A DNA stretch of 63,467 nt, counting the filler, from Hyphochytrium catenoides (Eukaryota; Protista; Hyphochytriomycota), in the NCBI GenBank assembly GCA_900088475.1. It is 9 parts of 9 records of this genome, joined end to end, with 100 filler letters (N's around TTAATTAATTAA, not from the genome) between each part and the next. Parts side by side here need not be neighbours in the genome. Positions count along the whole stretch, not along the records: positions 1 to 2,711 come from FLMG01002904.1; positions 2,812 to 16,329 come from FLMG01001971.1; 7 more parts are not named here. The stretch is one strand, 5' to 3'. Both the position numbers and the translations under genes were made by a program. The notes under the pieces are model-generated. The model was not told where the DNA came from, did not search any database, and saw only the letters and a list, made by a program, of their open reading frames with translations. Positions 1 through 10,417 of the stretch are shown piece after piece. Position 1 is the stretch's first letter, and the number at the start of each line of letters is the position of its first letter.

Positions 1-577
1 CTGTCTCTCTCTCTCTCTGTCTCTCTCTCTCTGTCTCTCTCTCTCTGTCTCTCTCTCTCTGTCTCTCTGTCTCTCTCTGTCTCTGTCTCCCTCTGTCTCT
101 CTCTCTTTCTCTCCCCCTCTCCCTCTCCCCCTCTCTCTCTCTCTCTGCTCCCTCTCCTTCACACACATACTCACAGCTCCTGCCCCTTTCTCGCTCCCTC
201 ACTTTCTATGCTGTTTCTGCGTCTCTCTCTCTGTCCCAGGTTCTGATTTGCATTGTGCGAGAGCAGGATGGTCCCTACAGAGTAGAGAAGGCACAGACTG
301 GCTCTTGACATTACTCTCCTCCATCTCTACATCTTTGTGAGTCCAGCAAGAGCTCTCATCTTCTTCTGACCCCATCAGCAGTCTTCATCATCTCTCCTAC
401 CACTCCTTCTCCTCCTACGCCAAAGAGAGAGCAGCGCCGCCTCTTTCTCCGCTCTCCTCTTTACTTTCCCTCATCACCCATTATCTTGAAGAAGGCAACA
501 AGGTCAGAGCCTCTTAGATAGAGACGACGGCGCTCTGCTGAACTGGTCAGAAGTAGAGTTGGAAGTAGGAGGAAGAC

Positions 578-1263
578 ATGAAGATGGGAGCAGCGGCGGA
601 AGTGAGAACAGCTACTACCGATGCGACGGATGTTGATGTGCGCTATGAGAGCGCCGCGGACGCGCCTGCGTGAGTGACCCAGCCCTACCGCCCGTCTCTT
701 GGTCGCGTCTCGTATGATATTCTGATCCTACCTCCCCACCCTCGCCTGCGCTTTCATCCTCGCGTGTCTTGCTCTTCTGTCATCATCTCTTTCTCGTACC
801 GTTTCCCTACAGGTGAGCTACATCGATAGTCTCGCGCCTAACGAGCTGCAGTCACTTACTAAATGGGCCTCTTCTTTCTCTCGCGTTTTCTTCCTCTTCC
901 CTCTATGTCTCTCTGCTCTGCCGCCTGGTGTCTCCTCTCTCTTTCCTTCCGCCTCTCAGCTCAAGGGGCGCGTTAGGACGGTGGCGCAAGAAAAACCCGG
1001 TTCTCTTTTACCTCGTCACCGGGTTTCTGGTCGTGGGCGTCATCCTCGGCATTGTTCTGGGTGTCTACTATGGGACGAAAGGAGATGACAGCGACGATCC
1101 TCAGGAGGCAAACAGTCAAGGAGGACAGAAAGCCCGGACCATCCAGGAGAATGATGTGCAAATGCACTTGGGGCTTACCGGCAATCCAGCGAAAAGTGTT
1201 GTCGTTATGTGGGTGACGAAAAAGACAAGGTAAGGAAAAAAGCAGCACTGTCTCCCTCCTTCC

Positions 1264-1326
<63 letters not shown>

Positions 1327-2711
1327 TTGTTTCCCATTGTCCCTTCGCCTTACCGGTTCTTCCTTCTTTCTATATTTGTCTGCCTTTCTCGCTCATTTTC
1401 CCTCTCTCTCCCATTCTTTCCTAAGACTCGCGCCCGTTGTCTTTACAATCCGCTGACAGCTCTGCAACCGCGACCTCGGTAGAGGTCATTGGAGATGATG
1501 GGAAGAAGCTTTCTTTCTCCCCCGAGGAGACAGCGACCTATGACTATACCGGCTATCAGATGCACAAAGCTACTCTCGAAGGCCTGAAGCCTGGAAAGAC
1601 CTACAAATACCAGGTGCTACTCAACGCGACCACGGTGTCCGTTGAAAAGAACTTCACAGCTCCACATGTGGAGCTCAAGAAGGGAGGGGAAGGCAAGCCT
1701 GACGATCAATGGAGCTTCTTTATCCTTGGAGACATGGGAGTTGGCCCTACAGCTCAGAAGAATGTACAGAGAATGGCTGGAGAAGATTTATCGAAGTATG
1801 ACTTTATGATGAATGTCGGAGATTTGGCCTATGCGTACAGCATCGATGAGATCTGGAACACTTATATGCGGATGTTAGAGCCCGTGGCATCCAGAATACC
1901 ATGGATGACTTGCCCTGGGAACCATGTACGCCTCTCCTCGCTATTTCAGTTCTAAAACTTTTCTTCCTCGCTTCTTGCCGTCCTAATTCAATAACTCGCA
2001 TCTCTTCATTATCTATCGGTAATGGAACTCCCAGACGCGCCATCTCTTACAAAGTCCTTTCTTCTTACCGTCACCTACTCTTGCTCTTATCCGCCATCTT
2101 GATTTGCTAGGACGTTCTGCCAGTGGACAGTGGAAAGGAGAATGGCGTTCCGATGCGTGCTCGTTTCTACATGCCGTACAAGGAGTCGAAGTCTAGCAGT
2201 GCGCACTGGTATTCCTTCAATCATAGGATCGTACACTTTACCACCATCAACACCGACGAGGACTATTCCCCCGGCACGGAGCAGTACAAATGGCTGGAAG
2301 AGGATCTAAAAGCGGCCAACACGCCAGAGGCCAGGGCTGTTAGGTAAGCAAGAACACGCAGAAAGATAAGGAGAGAGAGAGAGGATGGCAAACGTACGTC
2401 GTCAGCAACTCAGAGTGGAAAGGGCCGAAGAGTCTTAGTGGTATCGCTATGTATGTATGGAGACTCTCGGCCCATCAATACTTCGTTGGCCCCACTGTCT
2501 CTTTACTCTTGCCTCTGAACTCATTGGCGTCATCTCTTCCCTTTACTCTCACCACTGGTTGGGGGTGAAGGCCTTGGGTCTTTGTAGGCATGCACAAGCC
2601 TATGTACGGTTCTATCTCAGGTAGGGGCTTTGATGCTCCAAGGGGAGAGCCGGGCAACCTTGTGAAGAACCTGGAGCCCTTGTTTACTCAGTACAAAGTT
2701 GATGTTGTCTT
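578..2711 (+). CDS. Purple acid phosphatase (metallophosphoesterase) with N-terminal membrane anchor; 3'-truncated by contig end
   Basis: Exons 578-669, 960-1229, 1460-1925, 2111-2343 and 2571->2711 join in frame across GT-AG introns. Protein has a hydrophobic segment (VLFYLVTGFLVVGVILGIVLGVYY), a PAP N-terminal FN3-like region (QMHLGLTG..VVMWVT..HKATLEGLKPGKTYKYQV) and metal-binding motifs GDMG, GDLAY, GNHD (split by an intron) and VGMH. The final GHxH motif would lie in the gap. Exon 1 is less certain than the rest. Confidence 0.9.
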
Positions 2712-2811
2712 NNNNNNNNNNNNNNNNNNNNNNNNNNNNNNNNNNNNNNNNNNNNTTAATTAATTAANNNNNNNNNNNNNNNNNNNNNNNNNNNNNNNNN
2801 NNNNNNNNNNN
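2712..2811. other. Artificial contig-joining spacer (N44-TTAATTAATTAA-N44); also at 16330-16429, 46823-46922, 48251-48350, 49933-50032, 51113-51212, 52455-52554, 54035-54134
   Basis: An identical 100-nt block with a central 12-mer (stops in all six frames) occurs eight times, and genes are cut at these points. Confidence 0.97.
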
Positions 2812-5032
2812 CGCAACCCGGTGGTTAGCAGCCGTCTGAGGAGATATACATATAACACATCGTCTGTCCTTTCTCTCCCTTAAGTCTCACTTTCTCTCTC
2901 CCTCGTCCATGTTTCTCGGTTCTCATCCTCTTTGTTAAAGGCTCAGAGCAACAGACAGGAAGTCCTTGTTCTTCTTCTTCGCACCACGCCTCGTCCATAT
3001 GACCTCTTATTTGATCTACAATTTCTCTTTCCTGTGCTCCCTGTCCGCTTCCCATTGCCTCTGCGATTCCCTTCATCAAGAAAGAAAAGTACCTGGAGCA
3101 GGAGCCTTTATCGTGTCCAAGAGCTTGCAGCCACAGGTGCCGAAGATGATTGCTGCAAGTTCAGCACCACAACTCCTACCACTGCTACATAGTCGTGAGA
3201 CTCACTCTTCACAGTAAGGAGAGAGGGAGAGAGGGAGAGAGAGACCGCGGCTGTTCTTCTCTCGTCTCTTTCATTCTTCTTTCTTTCTCCGTATGCTCAC
3301 ACGTCTATGAAAGATGGAGAAAAGAAGAGGAAAAGAAAGAGATAGTAGAAGAGAAGATGAAAGAAGGAGAAGAAAGCGACGAACGGACAGGAAGGGGAGC
3401 GAAGGATTTGGACTCTCCAAATTCTGAACTGTCTCCTCTTCTCTAACATCATCACTAGTAGAACAAGAAGGAAGATTCATAGGGCATTTCCCCGCTTCAA
3501 TAGAGTTGGAGAAGAATGAAGAAACAGTGCTCGCTCTCTCTGTCTCTCTCTCTCTCTCTCCTCTCTGCTCTTCCTCCTGATAATAAAACCTATCAGCCCG
3601 CCGTTAGTAAAGCACAACGATAGAAGAGTCCAAGGCTCAACACGCTTAAGAAGAAGCACCAAAGCAACAACGGGTCATCGCCGCAGCATTGAAGCTTTCT
3701 TCCGTGTGCTATCCATACATTATATTATGCAAAGTTTGTTAACAGAAGAGGAAGATAGAACGGAGGAAATGCCAATTATTATTACTAGGTAGGTCAGCAG
3801 AAAGACTTCTCTTCTTCTCTCTTTCTCTCTTTTCATGTTTCTTCTTTTCATCCTATCTTCAGCGCTACTATGTAAACTCTTGCCGAGCAAGCAGAGAAGA
3901 AAGAAGGAAGAAACAGCAACAAAAAAAAGCAACTTAGTTAAAGCCAACATGCGTGTTCGCTTTTTGTACTCTCTCTTTTCTGTTGTTCGTCTTCTTCCCT
4001 TTCGTGCTCAGCAAATTGGTATATAAACTTTTGCAGAGGAAGAAACAAGAAAAGCCGACATTTGCAACTTTTCATTCTTCAAAAAAGGCTTCTCTTCTTC
4101 TTCTTCTTCTTCTTCTTCTTCTTCTTCTTCTTCGTTTTTTTCTTCTTCCCTCAGTTCTCCTCCTTCGCCATCTCCATCATTCCATCATCAACATTTCTTT
4201 TTTGTTGAAGCAACAACAGATCGCCGGCTAATGGGTGACAGAAAGGACCCTCTTTTTTCCTTCTTCATCATCATCAACGCTTTCTTTCCCCTTTTTTATA
4301 ATTTCTTCTTTTCTCCGCTTATCATCCGGACAGCAAGTAGTACTTCTTGGGGGGTTGCACTATGAGCCGTCTTCTCTCTCTTTTCTTCCTTCTTTCCCGT
4401 CCTCCTCCGTCTGACTTTCTTTCTCCCTCTCTCTCTCTCGCTTTGCCTTTCTTCCCCTCCTTTTCTGCTTATCTCTCTCGTCCTTTGTTATTCTCTCTCT
4501 CTCTCTCTCTTTCTCTTCTCTCTCTCTCTCTCTCCCCCTCTCCCTCTTACTCGCTCGACTCTCTCTCTCCCTCTCTCCGCCCCTTTCTCTCTCTTCCTCT
4601 CTTCTTCCTCTCTCTTGGTCAATGTTCCACTTTCCCTATGTGATCTCCAAAGTAATATCTCAAAACCGACAAATAATTCATTAATGATGCCCGCACCTCA
4701 GGTTAATGAGAGCTGTAGCGCTTCCTTCCCAATTAAAAGGCGGTTTAGGAATCTTTATCTTCGTTACAACACAACGCTCCAAACCCCTGTTTTGCCCCCT
4801 TTACGGTTGAGGTGTCATATATATCAGAGTAAAAGCGGCCAAGGGAATAAATTTTCTATGGATCTTCGCGTTTTGGACGCCACTTTATCTCTTTTTACGT
4901 CTAGAGAGTTGAGAGAATGTACTGCCTCAGATCTTTGATGGGTAATAAATGCCCTACTAGGAACTGCCTACTGTAAACAGTCATGAGGCATGTTGCTTGG
5001 AGATATCGTTTCCTCAAGGCCCCCCTCAGATT

Positions 5033-5085
<53 letters not shown>

Positions 5086-5928
5086 CTCTCTCTCTCGCTC
5101 TCGCTCGCTCTCGCGCTCTCCATCTTTCTTTCCCTCTCCTGCCTTCTCCTTCTCTCCCTCTCTCATTTCCTCAGTTTTATGTATATCTTGCTCTCTCTGG
5201 TTTTCGTTTACTCTTTCTTTTTGATTGCGGCTCGTGTCAGTTGCTCTCTCTCTTTGGTTGTTCCCTGTCTCTTACTTCTCTTTCCTTCCCCCAGATCTCA
5301 TTCCTTCCCCTCTCTTCCTTTCCAACTCGTCTTTCTATCTTCTTCAATGAAGGGTCGAATGATCGTAAAAGAAGAGCTGCGGGCGTAGGCAACCAGAGGG
5401 AGAGAGAGAGAGAGAGAGAGAAAGGGGGAGAGAGGGAGAAAGGAGAAAGAGCAGCCTGTCTCACCTTAAAGCCCTCTCCTCCTCTGACTATATAACAGTC
5501 ATGAATGACCCTTCCCCTACCTACTGCTTCCTCTCCTCCCTCTCGGTCTCCGCCTCTTCTCTCCCCCAAGTCTTTCTTCCTCAAATCCCCCGCTCTTTCT
5601 CTCTCTCTTTCTCTCTGTCACAGAAACCCTCGCCTGTGAAGAGACCTCTCGTGATAATACCTCCTTCCCTTTCTCCTTCATCGGTCGCTGTCTCCCGCCG
5701 CGGCTAGTGCTTTGTCTCTCTTTCTCTCTCTCTTCCTCTCCCTCTCTTTCCTCTCTCTCTTTTCTTTCTCTCTCCTCCATCTGGATCTCCTCACTTTCTT
5801 ATTCTCCATCCGCGACATCAGTCCGTTCGTTAGACAGAGACTCCAGGAGCCACCTAGAAGAGAGAGAGAGAAGGAATCACTGCATTGTCTCTCTCCCTTT
5901 TCCTGTGTAAGGAGAGTGTAGCAAAAGG

Positions 5929-6049
5929 ATGAAGCTCGTTCTTCTCTCTTCCATTAGCGCACTGCTCCTCTTCGCGGGCGGAGGAGTGGAAGCCAGATCG
6001 GATCTTTTCTTCCGCAAACGTAAGGCAAACGGGAAAAAAAGAGGAGATT

Positions 6050-6104
<55 letters not shown>

Positions 6105-6425
6105 GACTCACAGAGAGAACAGAAAGGGAAAGAAAGAAGATAAAGAGCTGCGTCGGGTGTGTATGATCATTTGAAAAGAGCCGAGGGAGAGAGAGAGAGC
6201 GTATGAGAGAGAAAATGAAGAGAGAAAAAAAGGAGAGGGAGAGATACAAAGAGGTCGCTAAAGCTTTTGAAGAGACATCGAGGTACTTCTAGAAGCTAGA
6301 ATTCTCTAACAAACTTTGGTCCTCGCTCCTTTCTCTCTTCCTCTTCTTCATTTTCTCCCTCTCACCCTCCTCTATGTTCTACTTCTCTCGTCCTCACTCA
6401 CTCTCTCTCGTTCTTTCTTTTTCTT

Positions 6426-6470
<45 letters not shown>

Positions 6471-6994
6471 TTGCAGAACGTTTCCCTATCCTCGCCCAGG
6501 CGGCCACTGAACCTCCGGAGGAGACGGCTCCTCCGCCAGAAGAAGATCCGACTCCTTCTTCGTCTCTCTCTCCCCTTGTGACCACTCGCCCTCCTGTTGT
6601 CTTCAAACCTCAGGACGGCAATCATGAGTCTCTCTTCTTTCTAGAGGAAAGAGAAGAGAGAGACCTTCCTAAAGGTAAGAAGAGATGATGCAAGGAGAGA
6701 AAGGTAGAAAACGAGAGAGGAAGCAACACAGAGAGAGAGAGAGAGAGAGAGAAGAAGAGAGACAAAGAGAGGAAGAGTATAGAAGACTTAAAGTTACGTA
6801 CGGGAAGCAGGAGACCAAAGTAATGTAGGAGCACCTGGATCATCCCTGTGCCTCTCTCTCTCTCCTTCTGTCTCTCTTCTGACACTATTCTCTCCCTCTC
6901 CTTCTGTCTCTCTTCTTACACTCTTCTCTCCCTTTCCTTCTTCTGCCTTCCCTTCGCTTCTCTTTCTCCATCTTTACACTCCTCTCTCTTTCTC

Positions 6995-7030
<36 letters not shown>

Positions 7031-7777
7031 GCCCCTGCCCTGATCGCAGCGAACACTGAGACTCCAGAGACAGCTCCTCCTCCTCCAGAAGATGACCCTT
7101 CTCCCCCTCTCTCTCCCGCTGTCACCACGCATCCTCCTGTCATTTTCAAGCCAGACGGGAATTCACATCATCAGGCGTCTCTCTCTCTCCAGGGAAGAGA
7201 GAGAAGAAGCGCTCTGCGAGGAGGTATGATACTGAGAGAGACGGCTGAGAGAAGGAGAGAGAGAGAGAGAGAAAGATGCGAAGAAGAAAGAGAGAGAGAT
7301 AAGAGAAAGAGTAGGACCACGCATAAAGCGGAAGAAAAATATCTCTTTTAGGTTCCCAATCTTATTTTTCTCTTTCTACCTTCTCTCTCTTTCTTCGTGT
7401 CTTCTCCTCTCTCTTTTCTTAACTCTGCTATTGATTCCCTGACCCTTCTTGGTCTCTTCTCTTTCTTGGTACACTCTACTCTGTTTCTCTCTCTCTTCTC
7501 TCTCTCCTCCTTTCGCCAAGGTCTCTCTCATCACAAGATGAGAGCGGAAAGAGCAAGACAAAGCCGATTGAGAAACGGAGGTAAAGATCATGGCTAACAC
7601 TGTCTCTCTCTCTCTCTTCATTCACTCTCTCTCTCTTTCCTCTCTCCTCGCTCTTCGAATTAGCATCCTCTCTCCCGTCTCCTCCTTCTCCAGGGATATC
7701 TTCTCTTGTCTTCTTATCTACTCCAGTGCTGACAACCTTCTGATTGCACGGAATCTTCTCTCTCTCTCCCTAACTCT

Positions 7778-7833
<56 letters not shown>

Positions 7834-8237
7834 TCTCTCCCGGTCTTCCACCCTTCCCCTGTCTGTGTCTCTCTTGCGTTTTGCTAGCTTTCATCCAACA
7901 GGAGGAGGAGACAGAGGCGCCAACTTCTAGCCCTTCTCTTTCTGCTCCCACTTCGGCAGCAGAGACAGCTCCTCCACCTCCAGAAGAGACTCCTTCTGCT
8001 TCTCTCTCTCCTCCGGCCACGAGTAACCCCCCTCCTGTTATCTTTAAGCCTGAAGACGGAGAGAAAGAGCGCAAGAAAGAGAAGAAACCACATCCTCAGG
8101 ACTCTCGCTCATTCCTAGGGAGAGAGAGAAAGAGAGAGAGAAGAGAAGAGAGAAGAAATGGAGAGAGTCGTATGGGTCGTCAACGTACTCTTCGTCTCCA
8201 TAACCAACAACCGGTGGTCTTCGCACACCGAGGCTGA
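5929..8237 (+). CDS. Secreted Pro/Ser/Thr/Glu-rich protein with three exon-encoded repeats (~296 aa), function unknown
   Basis: Signal peptide MKLVLLSSISALLLFAGGGVEA. Exons 5929-6019, 6477-6674, 7032-7223, 7521-7580 and 7888-8237 are all joined by phase-1 introns. The repeat ETAPPP(P)E(E/D)..PS..LSP..T..PPV(V/I)FKP.DG occurs in exons 2, 3 and 5. Confidence 0.75.
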
Positions 8238-9300
8238 GAGTAAGAGAGAGAGAAAGAAGGAAAGAATCCTGATGCCTCGTTGTTTGATGAGTTGTTCGGT
8301 CCAGAAAAGGAGAGAGAGAGAGAGAGAAAGAGAGTTGACAGTAAGATTTTCGTCATAGGATAATGTGTTCCTTGGCAAACCAGTAGCCCCTTCTTCTTGT
8401 CTTTTTGGTGAATCTCACTGATGTGGGGCTTCTCTCTATCCTCTCTCTTTATTCTTTCTCTCTTTCTCTCTCCCTTCTGCTTCTTCAGTCCCTTCCACTC
8501 TTTCTCTTCTTTTGTCTCTCCCGATAACTATGGAATCTCTCTATTTTTGTGTAAAGCAGCCTCTTAATGTCATCTTCTAGCGGGTCCGCTCCAGCATCTC
8601 TTCAATCTCCATTTTTTTCTACGCTTGTCTCTCTCTGTGACGGTTTTCTTCCCCTTTCTTTTCTTTTGTCTCGGTCTTTTCTTTTTCCTCTTCTCTCTCT
8701 TTTCTTTGCTCTCTCTCTCTGTGTATTTCTCCGTCTCTCACTGTCTCTTCTCTTTCTCTCTCTTCTCTTATTCTTCATCTATCTATCTTTCTTTTATGAT
8801 TTCCTGTCTTGTTCCCTCTTCCTCTTCTTTGACCCTGTTGCTCTCTCTCTCTCTTCTCTTGATCAGTTTCTCTTCTTCTCCTTCTTCTCTTGATCAGAGA
8901 GAGAAGAGAGAGAGAGAAGTTATTTTTTGATAAACGAGAAAGAGCGAAAGAAGATAAAGCGGAAAAAGACAGAGAGGAGAAAATTGTAGATGTGTCATTT
9001 TAATTGTTGTCCCAGGTCAGGAAGACAAAGTACAAAGCAAGCGGGAAGAAGAAAGATGAGAGAGAGAGAAGAGAGAGAGAAACCTACGTTAAAAGAGATG
9101 TAAAAAGAAAAAGCTACACCGAAAAATAGGAAAACGAAGAAGAGAAGGAAAAAAAAAACCTAGCAACAAATTGGACTCTTTCTCCATCATTTGTCTTCGA
9201 ACGAAAATATGANNNNNNNNNNNNNNNNNNNNNNNNNNNNNNNNNNNNNNNNNNNNNNNNNNNNNNNNNNNNNNNNNNNNNNNNNNNNNNNNNNNNNNNN

Positions 9301-10253
9301 TTCATCATGTTATCCGCAGGTGCGACGCCCACAACCTTCGTCTTCTTCCCTCCTATTGTTTGCAATGCTTTCTCTTCGGGAGAGTCTCTCTTTGCCAGGA
9401 CAAAGCGGAAGAGGATCGTGATCCAGACAGAGTGAATAAGATAGAGAAACGCATTGAGTTGAGGCGCAACCAAGAGAGAGAGACGGATCATTTTCTTCTC
9501 TTCTCCCGGGAAAGAGAGCTCCAAAAGTGCGATGATCAATGTCACGTTCTCGATGCCCGTATGGTGCGCAATCGTCCGACTTGTCGGCCGAGAGAGTGAA
9601 AAAAGTGCGCTCGTTAGGTAGCCGACCAAGGTGCCAAGGGGCTGATAAAGAACGATGGAGAGCCAAATGTTCCAGTCTTCGCCCCACAAATTGGTCGTCC
9701 GAAGGCCTTCCACGAGCGCCAGGATAAGAAAGAGCGCACCGATCCCTGCCGCGGCTTTCTCTAGCCTTTTAGCCCAAAGTGCGCTCCTTTTGCGGATGTG
9801 GAGACCGAAGAAGACGGGCACCACGATCAGGAGAAGTCCTAAGATAATATTCGAGAAGGGAATCTTCAGACCGTCAATCTGGAACTTGGTCGTGTTGAAA
9901 AAGAGAAAAGCAAGAAGGGGAATGATGAATAGTGCGGAAAGAGTAGAGGCAGCGCACATTGCGATGGAAAGTGCGACGTCTCCTCCAGCGAGATAGGAGA
10001 GAAGGTTGGTGGTGGGTCCAGTTGGTGCGGAACCAAGGAGAAGAAGGCCGATCGCGTGCTCATTCTTCAGAGAGAAAATGTGACAGAAGAGAAAGGCGAT
10101 AAGCGGCATCCAAACGTAATGAGAGCAGAATCCCACTAAGAAAGCCTTTGGTTTCTTCAAGAGAAGTTTAAATTCATCGGTGTCGATGGTGCAGCCCAGC
10201 CCTAAGCCTACGGCGAAGAGCATAAAGGCCATGGCCACCGTCATGATCTCCAT
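9301..10253 (-). CDS. Bile acid:sodium symporter family (SLC10/BASS) transporter; intronless, C-terminus runs into N gap
   Basis: Multi-TM ORF with family motifs MLFAVGLG, GFCSHYVWMPLIAF, GSAPTGPTTNLLSYLAGGDVALSI and RTIAHHTGIEN. Confidence 0.9.
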
Positions 10254-10270
10254 GATGCTTCCTGAAGAGA

Positions 10271-10322
<52 letters not shown>

Positions 10323-10385
10323 AGAGAGAGAGAGAAAGAACGAGAGAGAAAGAGTGAGGAGAGGGGGAGAGAGTGAGAAAGAGAA

Positions 10386-10417
<32 letters not shown>

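Noticed and set aside
2712-2811. Recurrent TTAATTAATTAA flanked by Ns as a biological repeat or CRISPR-like element
   Set aside because: Identical 100-nt padding at eight places that cuts genes mid-exon; an assembly concatenation linker.
4347-5921. Numerous Ser/Leu- or Arg/Glu-rich ORFs here and throughout the window
   Set aside because: They are translations of (CT)n/(GA)n tracts, which contain no stop codons, and carry no family motifs.
6612-8062. Apparent non-canonical GC/GG/GA donors right after each FKP.DG repeat
   Set aside because: The first two repeat exons extend in frame to canonical phase-1 GT donors (6675, 7224) and the third is the terminal exon, so no unusual donor is needed.
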